This document shows, in pieces, positions 27,428 to 37,664 of a stretch of 64,000 nucleotides of DNA. Source of the stretch: a bacterium (lineage in GTDB: Bacteria > Patescibacteriota > Andersenbacteria > UBA10190). The stretch spans positions 41,300 to 105,299 of the forward strand of contig JBDRMS010000005.1 in the NCBI GenBank assembly GCA_043811915.1, read 5' to 3'. Position 1 is the stretch's first letter; each line of letters opens with the position of its first letter. Position numbers and translations under genes: made by a program. The notes beneath the pieces are model-generated. The model was not told where the DNA came from. It made no database searches and saw only the letters and a program-made list of their open reading frames with translations.

Positions 27428-29478
27428 GGCACTTGCATCTCCGGGTTTTGAAGAATAACCTTATCATCTAAAAGATTTTCAAAGCTAATCGTAGCTTCAC
27501 CAGGAGGCAATACAATCATGAGAGTTTCTCTCTGCCCCCCCCTGCTGCTATATCGAACAATCTCCGTCCCTGCTCGCTTGATCGACATATTACCGTGGGA
27601 TTCCGGAGCAAAACTAAAAGACAAAGTTACTTTTTTCTCCTCCTGCGTCACGTTATACAAAGTAACCGAAGCGTCATGATTAATCTCCGCGAACACGCTG
27701 TCGCGCCTGGCATCGAAGCCAACGTTTTGCCATCTTTCATCACGGGACAAAAATACCCCATCGCTTTTTTGCTCCATATTCTCAATGGTATACAATAATG
27801 CGTCGCTATATTCTCTTGCCTTCAGACCCATTAGGTCTTCCAGTAAGTGCCTCACCGCTTTCTGCTGTACTTGCGATAACGAATCAGTGTGCACTAAAAT
27901 GTTTGGTGCATCTAAAAAATTAAGCACGTCCGGCAATGTTTCATCAAGGTCCTGATCAAAGAACTCCTGGCGATTTTCCTGTAAGGCAGTCGTCCGTAGA
28001 TATAACAGTTGCCGCAATGCCGGTAAGGTGTGCACTTGCGCAAAACTGTCAGGCATTTCGGCGCGCTCCAGCGCAATATTGCCCAGCACTTTTTTACCAT
28101 GACTGCTGGACGCATAAAGCGCGCGGGAAGCCGCCGTATAATTTGTGGCAGCTGGTATTTCTATCAGCCCACTACCCGCAGATTCTCTTACAGCTTTATA
28201 TACTTCAGGCAGCTGTGTTGATTGCAGGGGCATAGGCATAAATAAAAATTCCAGCAACAGCAGCGAAGCAACAGCTATAGTGCCCTTCCTGCGGCGCAGC
28301 TGCGCCGCCAACACCCCTCCCAATAAAACCGCACCCGTGAGACCCACCATGACACTGGCCCTGGCCACTGCTCTAACAGCGCTAAATACAGGCCAGCCGT
28401 CTACTACGGCATACGGCAAGGGTAAGTTCATAACTCTACCTAATATATGCAAGCGCGGCCCTAGGCTTATCAGCAAAAAGAATATAGCTACCACCAGCCA
28501 AAATCTTTTTTGCTTGGCCGGAATTGCTTTATGCAGAAATAAAACCAGCAGCAGTGGCACTAAGCCTAGGTAGTGTGTTGCCTCCGTTACGTTGCCAGTG
28601 AAGCTAGTTGTAAACAAAGCACCCGCCGCCTTTCCCCAAATTGTGTGAAAGCTAGCCGGCACCAGATACGAGAACAAATCGGCCGAAAAACGAACCGTCT
28701 GTTCTTGACCTAACTCCAGACCACCGTCAGGCTGTGCGGATAATTTTATCGTCGGTAAATATGGTAATACCACGAAGAACAAAAGCAATACCGCCAGCAC
28801 TGCGACATACTTATTCCCTTGCTTCTTCAACCAAAAACTTCTCACCCTTTTCCAGTAAAATAAAATCCACAGTCCCACAAACAACATCAACCACAGCATG
28901 TAGTGATGCTCCGACCAGGCCTGCACCGTCAGCAAAGCCGCTAGTATCAGCGTCTTCCAGATATTGGGCCTTTTCACCCAGACAAACAACGTCAGTATAA
29001 TCAACGGCAGCCACTGCGCTTGCATAGCGCCAAAATGTCCATAGGAATGCGCCACATGATATGGTAAGAACATGTAATACATCCCCGCCAGAAAGGCAGG
29101 CGCCTCACGTCTAAACAAATAACGTACCAACAAGTACATGTCGAAGCCGGACAGAACAAATGAAGTTAGCCAGATTATGTTATACGCCAGTGGCTGTCCG
29201 AATAAAACGTGCACTCCCATCCAGGGCCAGACTGATAGATTTACCAGCCGTGGCTCCCCCCCGCCAAAAAAATCATCACCCGGTGAATTTAACTCCGCTT
29301 TTGAGTCGAACCGCCACATCGTTTGCCACGGGTCCCCCCCACTGCCCGCTAAATGTGCCCTTAATGACATGCATAGCGGCAGGCTCATTAAAAGCGCCAG
29401 AATCAAATATCCCCCCAATATAACCAGGCATCTTTTATAACACCGATCCATAGCTGTAGTATGTAAACTATCACACAA
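27424..29478 (-). CDS. large polytopic membrane protein, putative GT-C-fold glycosyltransferase
   Basis: 684 aa. About 10-12 N-terminal TM helices rich in aromatic residues are followed by a roughly 250-aa soluble C-terminal domain. It heads a run of four GT4 genes. Confidence 0.45.
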   Translation of the reverse strand: MCDSLHTTAMDRCYKRCLVILGGYLILALLMSLPLCMSLRAHLAGSGGDPWQTMWRFDSKAELNSPGDDFFGGGEPRLVNLSVWPWMGVHVLFGQPLAYNIIWLTSFVLSGFDMYLLVRYLFRREAPAFLAGMYYMFLPYHVAHSYGHFGAMQAQWLPLIILTLFVWVKRPNIWKTLILAALLTVQAWSEHHYMLWLMLFVGLWILFYWKRVRSFWLKKQGNKYVAVLAVLLLFFVVLPYLPTIKLSAQPDGGLELGQEQTVRFSADLFSYLVPASFHTIWGKAAGALFTTSFTGNVTEATHYLGLVPLLLVLFLHKAIPAKQKRFWLVVAIFFLLISLGPRLHILGRVMNLPLPYAVVDGWPVFSAVRAVARASVMVGLTGAVLLGGVLAAQLRRRKGTIAVASLLLLEFLFMPMPLQSTQLPEVYKAVRESAGSGLIEIPAATNYTAASRALYASSSHGKKVLGNIALERAEMPDSFAQVHTLPALRQLLYLRTTALQENRQEFFDQDLDETLPDVLNFLDAPNILVHTDSLSQVQQKAVRHLLEDLMGLKAREYSDALLYTIENMEQKSDGVFLSRDERWQNVGFDARRDSVFAEINHDASVTLYNVTQEEKKVTLSFSFAPESHGNMSIKRAGTEIVRYSSRGGQRETLMIVLPPGEATISFENLLDDKVILQNPEMQVP

Positions 29479-29550
29479 AAAAGGACAACATTAATCGATT
29501 TTGCTTATAGCCGGATTAAGCAATATCCCCGCCTTTCTAGTGCTTTTAGC

Positions 29551-30345
29551 TTGCTTCGTAACAAACCGGTTATTTCCCTGGATTATGCCGTCAACCCCCA
29601 ATCTCGTTACGGTTACGGCAAGCCCCCTCACCCCCAGCTTCACTCTATAATCAACGCCGGGCATCATCGCTACTTAAAGGAACTTAGTAAACTATTGCGG
29701 CATAAACAGTCCTTGCACAATATCTCAACTCCGCTGTGGCATAACGATTTTCTCCCCGCTCTCGATGCCGCCACCCTGTACAGTTTCACCGCCCAACTTA
29801 AACCAAACCAATATTTTGAAGTCGGCTCCGGCACATCAACCCGCTTTGTCAGACAGGCCATCAACGACCAAAGTCTGCCCGCAAAAATCACTTCTATCGA
29901 CCCTCAACCCCGCGCCGACATAGACCAGCTTTGTCATCACGTTATCCGCCAGGCGCTAGAAAAAACAAATCTAACCATCTTCAATCAATTAGATAAAAAC
30001 GACATTCTTTTTATCGACAATTCCCACCAGTCGTTTCAAAACTCCGATGTCACTGTTTTCTTTCTCGATATCCTGCCGAACCTTAAACCGGGTGTTCTGG
30101 TTGGCATTCATGATATTCTCCTGCCTGATGATTATCCCCCTTCTTACGCACAAAACTATTATTCCGAACAATATCTCCTGGCCTGTTGGCTGCTGGGCGG
30201 CGCCAAAAACATTAACATCGTTTTGCCCAATTGGTTTTGCAGTCAGGATCTGGAATTATCCAGCATCATAAAAACTCTCTTCTCCCATCCCAATTTTCAA
30301 AGCGTCGACACTCACGGCAGCATCTTTTGGTTCAGAAAAACATAG
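29551..30345 (+). CDS. putative class I SAM-dependent methyltransferase (Methyltransf_24 or macrocin-O-MT-like)
   Basis: YFEVGSGTSTRFVRQA (E-x-G-x-x-x-G-x-ST) and ILFIDNSH resemble the O-methyltransferase family 3 core. Confidence 0.45.
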   Translation: MLRNKPVISLDYAVNPQSRYGYGKPPHPQLHSIINAGHHRYLKELSKLLRHKQSLHNISTPLWHNDFLPALDAATLYSFTAQLKPNQYFEVGSGTSTRFVRQAINDQSLPAKITSIDPQPRADIDQLCHHVIRQALEKTNLTIFNQLDKNDILFIDNSHQSFQNSDVTVFFLDILPNLKPGVLVGIHDILLPDDYPPSYAQNYYSEQYLLACWLLGGAKNINIVLPNWFCSQDLELSSIIKTLFSHPNFQSVDTHGSIFWFRKT

Positions 30346-30391
30346 ATACCAATATTCACCGTCCATACGCCGCCTAACAGCATTTTCAACC

Positions 30392-31375
30392 CTAAGGGTT
30401 GGAAAACATATGTATGGCGATGTGCTCGCGCAAACGGATTATTATATCGTCCAGGGTCAGGCTTGGTTTGAAGCCGATTAGCTTTTGCAGCTTGGAAATA
30501 TCCGGCACGCGTTTTGTCACGTCCTCGAACCCCTGCTTAAACGCCTCCTCATAAGGCACATAAACTTTTTCTGAACGGCTGCCCGTTAGCTCAATCACCC
30601 TGTCCGCCAGTTCATCAATAGTTACGCTATTTGTACTCCCCACGTTGTATACCTCGCCATTTGCCTGATCACTTTCCATTAACTGGTGTAATGCTCCCAC
30701 CACATCACTAACGTGGCAAAAACACCGCGATTGCTGGCCGTCACCATGAATAGTCAGAGGGTTTCCCGCTATGGCCTGTTTAACAAATGTCGGCAGCACC
30801 ATGCCGTAGTGCGAACTCTGTCTCTCTCCCGTCGTATTAAACAAACGAACTACAGTTACCGGCAGTTCCCTCTCAATGTGATAGGCAAAAGCCATGTATT
30901 CATCCAGTGCCTTGGAACAGGCGTACGACCAGCGTCCTTTTGTTGTCGGGCCCATAGCCAGGTCATCTTCTTCAGAGAATACTTCCCGGCATCCTCGCCC
31001 ATAGACCTCTGACGTGGATGTTAGCAGCACCTTTTTACCCAACTCACTGGCCACCGCCAGCACCGCTTCCCCGCCTCTAACATTATTTTCAATTGACTCT
31101 ACCAGCTCTTCCACCACCAGCTTCACTCCAACTGAAGCCGCCAGATGATACACCACATCAACTCTTTGGATTAGTTGTGCCAGTAAGTTGCGGTCCGTAA
31201 CACTGCCGTGAACAAAGTCGAGATGCGCATTAGATCTTAAGTGTGAAATATTCCCCAGCGACCCTGTGGATAAGTTGTCAAGTATATATACAATGTTCCC
31301 GTTTTGCAGTAAATGTTCGGCTAAGTGGGAACCAATAAATCCTGCCCCTCCCGTAATTAATACTCTAGTTCCCAT
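30392..31375 (-). CDS. NAD-dependent epimerase/dehydratase (extended SDR)
   Basis: N-terminal VLITGGAGFIGSHL, catalytic YACSKALDEY (Y-x-x-x-K), and NTTGERQ. Confidence 0.85.
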   Translation of the reverse strand: MGTRVLITGGAGFIGSHLAEHLLQNGNIVYILDNLSTGSLGNISHLRSNAHLDFVHGSVTDRNLLAQLIQRVDVVYHLAASVGVKLVVEELVESIENNVRGGEAVLAVASELGKKVLLTSTSEVYGRGCREVFSEEDDLAMGPTTKGRWSYACSKALDEYMAFAYHIERELPVTVVRLFNTTGERQSSHYGMVLPTFVKQAIAGNPLTIHGDGQQSRCFCHVSDVVGALHQLMESDQANGEVYNVGSTNSVTIDELADRVIELTGSRSEKVYVPYEEAFKQGFEDVTKRVPDISKLQKLIGFKPSLTLDDIIIRLREHIAIHMFSNP

Positions 31376-31751
31376 GGTTCTTTTTATTTGCAGCTATTTC
31401 AGTTCGCAGCAGCGCATATTCCTGCGCCAGTTCCCTGTAACGCTGGTCGTGTTTCGAAACTAACACCGAAAAATGAATAGACAGTAAGAATAAACCGCCT
31501 ATTAGAATGAGGAATAATGCCGCTGGCGAATAGTAAATACCCACACTGCGAGCGAAGACATCAAGTAAACCGGCCAGAGCTGAAAACGTCACCATAGCCA
31601 ACCCTACCAGAAACCAGATAATGGAATATCCTTCTTTAAGCTTTTCATTCCGGATCAGATTAATAATCACTGCCAGCAGCAGCACACTTCCCACCACAGC
31701 CAGTATTTGAACACGCGGCGGAATGGAGCCGGATAAAATTTCAGGAAACAT
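31365..31751 (-). CDS. DUF2304-family small membrane protein (GtrA-like partner of polyprenyl-phosphate GT2)
   Basis: 128 aa with 3-4 TM helices, NLIRNEKLKEGYSIIWFLVGL, and a C-terminal coiled tail. It is immediately downstream of a GtrB-like GT2. Confidence 0.55.
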   Translation of the reverse strand: MFPEILSGSIPPRVQILAVVGSVLLLAVIINLIRNEKLKEGYSIIWFLVGLAMVTFSALAGLLDVFARSVGIYYSPAALFLILIGGLFLLSIHFSVLVSKHDQRYRELAQEYALLRTEIAANKKNHGN

Positions 31752-32460
31752 TACTCCGCTTTACTTTTAAACTACTCACCAGAATAGCAATTGCGTTCGA
31801 CACCACAAAATAAGCCGCCCGAGAAGTGACATCACTATTGCCTACTACCGATTTCCCCGCCTGACGGCGAGACATTGTCGTTGGTACTTCATCTATGGAA
31901 AACCCGGCATTCAACAACATAACAATCGATTCCGGCTCCGGGAAATCGGTCGGGTAGCGACGGGACAAAAATTCCAGCGCCCGACGATTATACGCCCGGT
32001 ACCCCGACGTGGAATCGTAAATCCTTTCCCCCGTCACCAATTTAATTAATAACGAAAACAGTCTAATTCCAATAAGCCGAAGCCAGGAAGAATGGTAAGT
32101 TGTATTGGTCACAAAACGACTACCGATTACCATATCCAGATTGTCGCTCAAAAGCTTGTCAACCAGCATTGGAATATATACCGGGTCGTGCTGTCCATCC
32201 GCATCTACTTCTACCGCCACATCATATCCCCGCCGATAAGCATATTTCAGGCCGGTTTGCACCGCGCCCCCAATACCCAAGTTAAATGGTAAACTCAAGA
32301 CCCGCGCCCCGGCCAACTCGGCTTGCTGCTGTGTTTTATCACTAGACCCATCATTGATTACAACCACCTCTGTCCCCGGGGCGTTTTCTTTTACCTTCTC
32401 AACAACCCCCCGCACCGAATCAGCTTCATTATACGCCGGCATGATAACACACACTCTCAT
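31741..32460 (-). CDS. GT2 polyprenyl-phosphate glycosyltransferase (GtrB/DPM1-like)
   Basis: VCVIMPAYNEADSV ... VVINDGSSDKT ... VEVDADGQHDP ... VIGSRF. Confidence 0.85.
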   Translation of the reverse strand: MRVCVIMPAYNEADSVRGVVEKVKENAPGTEVVVINDGSSDKTQQQAELAGARVLSLPFNLGIGGAVQTGLKYAYRRGYDVAVEVDADGQHDPVYIPMLVDKLLSDNLDMVIGSRFVTNTTYHSSWLRLIGIRLFSLLIKLVTGERIYDSTSGYRAYNRRALEFLSRRYPTDFPEPESIVMLLNAGFSIDEVPTTMSRRQAGKSVVGNSDVTSRAAYFVVSNAIAILVSSLKVKRSNVS

Positions 32461-32471
32461 CTAGATATACT

Positions 32472-33590
32472 ATGATACTCTTGATAGCTATGCCAATGAA
32501 AATAGCCATCTTTAATTACAGCAGCTCCGGGCTTTTTCATTACGCCTCCTGCCTGGTTAACACCTTGGCCCGAACAACAGATGCAAAAATTCTTTTTCTA
32601 ACTTCCAGCTACAATAATCTCGACTTAATAGAGCCACATCCCCGGGTTAGGATTTTAGCCCAGAAAGTTCCTCACCACCTGCCAGGCTTCTTTCGCTGGC
32701 TGGCCAACCCCAGGGAACAGCTGTGCATTTTTAGAGCCATCCGTAAGTTCGATCCAGACGTTATCCACATCACTGACTCTCATGCCGTATATGTCCCTCA
32801 CCAGTGGTGGTTAAAACGCTACCGCATCATCTTCACTCAACATGATCCCGTCTCCCATCAAGGTGACGTATACCGTTTTTCTTCTCGCATTATTCATCAT
32901 ACTCAACAAAGATTAGCTCATCGCATTGTGGCTCACGGAGAATTTATCAAAAAAACTCTCATTGAAAAAAAAGGCGTTACACCCGATAAAATATTCATCA
33001 TTCCCCACGGAGATTACTCTTTTTATCTTCGCTGGCGTAAAAAAGATATCCGGCCAGTGCCCAATTCGGTCTTGTTTTTCGGCCGCATTGTCGACTATAA
33101 AGGCCTCGACACTCTTCTGGAAAGCCTGATTCAACTGCAAAATCAGTCGATTCCCGTATCTCTTATTTTAGCCGGCAACGGCAACCTTACCAAATATCAG
33201 TCTCTACTCAAACAAGTAAAAAACAAGATAATTGATAATCGAACCATTCCTGACTCTGAAGTTATTAAATATTTTCAAATGAGCACAATATTGGCTTTGC
33301 CGTATCGTGAAGCCAGCCAATCCGGCATTATATCTATAGCCATGCCGGCTGGTTTACCTATAATTGCCACAAAAGTAGGCTCCTTGTCCGAAATACTGGC
33401 CGATAGAAAAAATAGTCTGCTGGTTGAGCCCAACAATCCATCAGCTTTGGCTAAAGCTATAAAACAACTTTTACAGGATAAGCATTTGCGTGAATCATTA
33501 GTCGCGGGTGCCCGACAAACCGTATCTGAAAAAACTTCCTGGCCCATTTGCGCCCGACAGTATTATCAGCTCTACCAATCAGTTCTATGA
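32472..33590 (+). CDS. GT4 glycosyltransferase
   Basis: FFGRIVDYKGLDTLLES ... REASQSGIISIAMPAGLPIIATKVGSLSEIL. Confidence 0.8.
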   Translation: MILLIAMPMKIAIFNYSSSGLFHYASCLVNTLARTTDAKILFLTSSYNNLDLIEPHPRVRILAQKVPHHLPGFFRWLANPREQLCIFRAIRKFDPDVIHITDSHAVYVPHQWWLKRYRIIFTQHDPVSHQGDVYRFSSRIIHHTQQRLAHRIVAHGEFIKKTLIEKKGVTPDKIFIIPHGDYSFYLRWRKKDIRPVPNSVLFFGRIVDYKGLDTLLESLIQLQNQSIPVSLILAGNGNLTKYQSLLKQVKNKIIDNRTIPDSEVIKYFQMSTILALPYREASQSGIISIAMPAGLPIIATKVGSLSEILADRKNSLLVEPNNPSALAKAIKQLLQDKHLRESLVAGARQTVSEKTSWPICARQYYQLYQSVL

Positions 33591-34264
33591 ACAAGGTTGT
33601 TATCGTTATTCCGGCCTTCAACGAAGCCAAGGTTATTGGGCAAGTCATAAAAGATATTCGCTCGAAGGGATTTGCCGGCATTATTGTGGTCGATGACGGT
33701 TCAACTGACAAAACCACCCCGGTTGCCACACAAGCTGGTGCCATAGTCGTTACTCACCGCTTCAATCGTGGCAAGGGAGCAGCAATTAAAACTGGTTTAG
33801 AGGCAGCCAAGTTACTATCAGCCGGTATTATAGTTACCATAGATGGCGACGGACAGCACGCGGCCAGCGATATACCAGCTCTTGTCCAGCCAATTATTGA
33901 CGGCCGCTGCCAGGTGGTTTTGGGTAACAGGCTGCATTCCTGTTCCTCCATGCCCAAACAAAAAATTATCCAGAACATTGTCGGTAACGCCGTCACTTTC
34001 CTTCTGCACCGCCAATGGGTAACCGACAGCCAATCAGGTTTTCGCGCCTACTCCCGCCTCGCTGCAGAGCTCATTAATACCCAGGCCGACTTCTACGATT
34101 ACGACAGTGAAGTTATCCGCGAAATACGCCGGCACCGCATCAGTTTCCAGGAAGTTCCCGTTGCAGTCCACTACACACCCTACTCACAATCAAAGTCACA
34201 CAAGCAAACTCTGGCTAATGGTGTAAAAACAGTCTATCGTATGATTTGGCATTTGATTTCTTAG
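33590..34264 (+). CDS. GT2 polyprenyl-phosphate glycosyltransferase (GtrB/DPM1-like)
   Basis: VVIVIPAFNEAKVI ... IVVDDGSTDKT ... VTIDGDGQHAASD. The start is the internal Met overlapping the upstream stop. Confidence 0.85.
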   Translation, partial: NKVVIVIPAFNEAKVIGQVIKDIRSKGFAGIIVVDDGSTDKTTPVATQAGAIVVTHRFNRGKGAAIKTGLEAAKLLSAGIIVTIDGDGQHAASDIPALVQPIIDGRCQVVLGNRLHSCSSMPKQKIIQNIVGNAVTFLLHRQWVTDSQSGFRAYSRLAAELINTQADFYDYDSEVIREIRRHRISFQEVPVAVHYTPYSQSKSHKQTLANGVKTVYRMIWHLIS

Positions 34265-34632
34265 CCATGATCATATTTAATCTACAGTTATATCAATTCG
34301 TCATCGCGGCTCTTTGTCTTGTCATGATCGGCTTCAGTATTGAACGATTTATCAGAGGAGATAAAAATCAAACCATCCTTAAATTACTGGTGCGCATACT
34401 GGTCTGGGGTGGCATGTTAACTATTACCCTATCTCCCCGGATCATTTATTTCCTGGCCCGTTTCGTCGGCTTGGAGGGCGAGATAAATGCTGTCATCCTG
34501 ACAGGCTTTTTACTCACTTTTCTCATGATTTTTAAACTACTTTCTGTCATTGAGCGTATTGAGTATCAAATAACCTTGCTTACTCGCCGGGAAGCACTTA
34601 AAAATATCAAAGCGCCTAAGACGAAAAAATGA
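34246..34632 (+). CDS. DUF2304-family small membrane protein
   Basis: 128 aa with the same architecture as 31365..31751. It lies between a GtrB-like GT2 and a large polytopic membrane protein. Confidence 0.55.
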   Translation: MAFDFLAMIIFNLQLYQFVIAALCLVMIGFSIERFIRGDKNQTILKLLVRILVWGGMLTITLSPRIIYFLARFVGLEGEINAVILTGFLLTFLMIFKLLSVIERIEYQITLLTRREALKNIKAPKTKK

Positions 34633-36287
34633 CAAAATTCAGCGCGTGGGAACAACTAAACCTCGCCGCCATTCTAGTCATCCTGGGTTTTCCTGTCCTG
34701 CTACTTCTTGAAATTACGATTACTCGCCAGCTGCATCCAGCTCTTGTTTTAATAAATCTCGCCGCCGCCTCCCTCTTCTTTTTGATTTTTATCTACCAGC
34801 GCAGCTCCGCCAAAGAAGGCCTGGACCGCATCCCCGTCTTTCCTCTCCTGTGCATTTTTTTTCTACAACTGATCATTATTACTGCCATATTTTCTGCCTA
34901 CTTGGCCCTGTCCGATGTTGATCCTTACCACTGGATAAAAGAATACAATCAAAACTTCAACACCGGCCCGCTTAATAAACTGCCCCAGCGATCGCTTTTT
35001 CATACTCTAATATATACTCTCGATCAAATTCCTGGCATCAGAGCCGAGATCATATTTAAATATATTATCCCCCTGCTATCACTGCTTTGCCTAATCCCGG
35101 CCTGGCTGGTAGCCCGGCGATTCCGCCGGCCAACGCACCAGATACTTTGGCTCCTGGTCCCTCTCCTTAGCCCCTCGCTTATCATCCACTCTCAAATGGG
35201 TACACCCCAGGCTGTACTTCTCGTTCTGACAATATTTTTCGTTTTCCTGCTCATATATTCCCGCTTAACCCAAAACAGGTTTTGGCATTACCTGGCCGGT
35301 GCCATTATGCTCCTGGCTATCCCCATTCACGGCTTGGCTCTACTCATGTTTACTAGCTGGCTTGTCGCCACCGCCTGGCGTCACTCCAAGCACAATTATA
35401 TCCTCCTTCTTTTACTGCCCATCGCCATACTGGCCGCGCCATATCTTAAAGCCTATCTTCCTCAAGTATTTAGCGACATTCACCTTAATTTATCCTTCCC
35501 TGCGACATTCACCACTATCGACAACGTACCCAACGGCTGGCCTGGGCTAACCGGCCTCATCCAATACTATGCTTTCTATTTGGGATTAGTCGTGCCAGTC
35601 ATTTTGCTCATCAACATCTTTCTTTTCTTCAAACACGCCGGCTATCGCCGTCAAATTACACAACTAATAGATAACAGCTCTACTTTAACTCTTGTCATTA
35701 TGTTCGCCGGCTTTTTCTCAATCGCCGAAGTTTTGCCTCGCTTCTTCAACATTGTTATTCTGCCCGATCGCGCCTGGCTGTTTGCCGATCTAGCAGCCAC
35801 GGTGTTCTTTTTACCCCTGTTCCAGTACCGGTCTGACAAAAATAAATTCCTGTCTTTCCTGCTTATATTGTTTTTCATCATCAACATCGGCGGCGCCCTG
35901 TACATCAACAATCTTAAAAAGAATCTTTTGCCCGATTACGCTGTTAATGCCGCACTTTGGCTTAACAGCAACCTTCCCGCCAACAGTGCGGTTATGCTAA
36001 ATCGCAAACCTGAATATCTTGACCTCTATACGGCGAGGATCTCTCTAATCCAACTGCCCGATGATTTTTTCTGTCTTGGGTCGGACGACATAGTTGCTTT
36101 TTCACAGCAGGAACCAACCCTCTACCTCCTTTTCTTAAAGCCAAACACCTCAAGTCCATATCTTCAGCGTCCCTGGCACGAACCACTAGACACGCAGTGC
36201 AGTAAACCTGGCCCTGGCAACGAACTCGGTCGCTTCCAGCAAATATATAATGACGGCGGCCAGGCCATAATCTGGAAAATACTATGA
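34629..36287 (+). CDS. polytopic membrane protein, putative GT-C-fold glycosyltransferase completing a three-component module
   Basis: 552 aa. About 11 TM helices are followed by a roughly 130-aa C-terminal soluble domain. Together with the upstream GT2 and DUF2304 genes this reproduces the GtrA/GtrB/Gtr(type) arrangement. Confidence 0.45.
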   Translation: MTKFSAWEQLNLAAILVILGFPVLLLLEITITRQLHPALVLINLAAASLFFLIFIYQRSSAKEGLDRIPVFPLLCIFFLQLIIITAIFSAYLALSDVDPYHWIKEYNQNFNTGPLNKLPQRSLFHTLIYTLDQIPGIRAEIIFKYIIPLLSLLCLIPAWLVARRFRRPTHQILWLLVPLLSPSLIIHSQMGTPQAVLLVLTIFFVFLLIYSRLTQNRFWHYLAGAIMLLAIPIHGLALLMFTSWLVATAWRHSKHNYILLLLLPIAILAAPYLKAYLPQVFSDIHLNLSFPATFTTIDNVPNGWPGLTGLIQYYAFYLGLVVPVILLINIFLFFKHAGYRRQITQLIDNSSTLTLVIMFAGFFSIAEVLPRFFNIVILPDRAWLFADLAATVFFLPLFQYRSDKNKFLSFLLILFFIINIGGALYINNLKKNLLPDYAVNAALWLNSNLPANSAVMLNRKPEYLDLYTARISLIQLPDDFFCLGSDDIVAFSQQEPTLYLLFLKPNTSSPYLQRPWHEPLDTQCSKPGPGNELGRFQQIYNDGGQAIIWKIL

Positions 36288-37498
36288 AATTATTAATCTT
36301 TTCACCTTATTATCCCCCTCACATAGGCGGCCTTCAGAGTCATGCCGAGCAATTTAATCAGCACATGTCAAAAACCGGAGCTTACATCACAGTTTTTACC
36401 AGTCAGCTGCCCCGCTCCGCTCCCACCAGCGAAAATAAAAATAGAGTAACAATAATCCGCTTTCCCGCCTGGGAAATAATTCCCAACTACCCTCTGCCGA
36501 AGTTCTGGCAACCTGCTTTCTGGCTTGAGTGGCAACAACTAAAAAAGCAACGTTTTGACATTGTCATCTCTCGCACCCGCTTCTTTTCCACTTCCCTGTT
36601 CGCATTGATCTACGCCAAGTGGGACAATATCCCCTGGCTGCACATAGAGCACGGTTCAGATTTTGTCAGCCTGGCCAACCCCGTCACCAGGCTAACAGCT
36701 CATATTTATGACTACACTTTGGGTCGCTTAATTCTCCATCTGGCCGACCAGGTTGTTGCCAACTCCAAGTCCTCCGCCGACTTTGTCAAACGACTTTCTG
36801 GCCGTACTGCCGCAGTCATCTACCGTGGTGTCAATCAGGACGCAATCATAAATACAGCCCCGGATCAAAACATTAAGAACATCCACAAAAATAAAATTAT
36901 TATTACTTTTATTGGCCGGCTCATCGATGGCAAAGGCGTCGACGATCTTCTGCGAGCCCTTAAGATAGTATCAACTCCGCAAACATCACCAGCCATTTCG
37001 GTGTTGATGGAGAAACACCAAGGGTTGAGGAGGCGCGATTTTCACTGCCTCATTATTGGCGACGGTTCCAAACGCGAATCTCTCAACAAACTAGCCAGGC
37101 AGTTAGGCATCAGCAAACGCATTACTTTTCTCGGCCAGCAAGGGTTCAGTCAATCAGTATCTATTTTAAAAACCTCTGACATTTTTATAAACCCCAGCCA
37201 CACCGAAGGTTTGCCCACTTCCGTCATCGAAGCCGCCTTATGCAAGACTGCTATTATCGCCACTAATGTCGGCGGCACTCCGGAAATCGTCACCAATAAC
37301 ACAAGCGCCTACCTCGTCCAACCAAAACACCCAAGTATTTTGGCAGACAGATTAATTGATCTTATTCAGAATCCCGCCAAGCGTCAGCTCCTGTCAGAAC
37401 ACGCCTACCGAGAAGTAATAAACAAATTTTCCTGGCCGGCCAGCACCGCCGCCTACAACAAAATCCTTAAACATCTCATTCAAACACCAGGTGTTTGA
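36284..37498 (+). CDS. GT4 glycosyltransferase; C-terminal codons and stop supplied by a REP element
   Basis: SHTEGLPTSVIEAALCKTAIIATNVGGTPEIV. The last 8 codons and the stop (HLIQTPGV-TGA) lie inside the 23-nt REP palindrome. Confidence 0.8.
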   Translation: MKLLIFSPYYPPHIGGLQSHAEQFNQHMSKTGAYITVFTSQLPRSAPTSENKNRVTIIRFPAWEIIPNYPLPKFWQPAFWLEWQQLKKQRFDIVISRTRFFSTSLFALIYAKWDNIPWLHIEHGSDFVSLANPVTRLTAHIYDYTLGRLILHLADQVVANSKSSADFVKRLSGRTAAVIYRGVNQDAIINTAPDQNIKNIHKNKIIITFIGRLIDGKGVDDLLRALKIVSTPQTSPAISVLMEKHQGLRRRDFHCLIIGDGSKRESLNKLARQLGISKRITFLGQQGFSQSVSILKTSDIFINPSHTEGLPTSVIEAALCKTAIIATNVGGTPEIVTNNTSAYLVQPKHPSILADRLIDLIQNPAKRQLLSEHAYREVINKFSWPASTAAYNKILKHLIQTPGV

Positions 37499-37500
37499 AT
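37478..37500. repeat. REP-like palindromic element ATTCAAACACCAGGTGTTTGAAT (copy 1)
   Basis: 23-nt near-perfect palindrome with a 9-bp stem and CCAGG loop. It is identical to the copy at 38847..38869. Confidence 0.8.
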
Positions 37501-37664
37501 TGCAACTAAAAGCCACGTAGCTGCAATATTCTACATATAGCTGCTCTATTTTCTACAACAAGTCACTTGACGTCCCTCCCCCTTCTGGTACACAAAAGTA
37601 GTTCCCTTCCCAATTAACCCCCTTTTTTTCTCGACCAGTGCCAAAAAAGCACGGCGGACAAATC

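Noticed and set aside
27424-29478. Calling the 684-aa membrane protein a second YfhO homologue
   Set aside because: I could not recognise YfhO-specific conserved blocks, only the general topology of many TM helices plus a soluble C-terminal domain. I kept the generic GT-C-like call.
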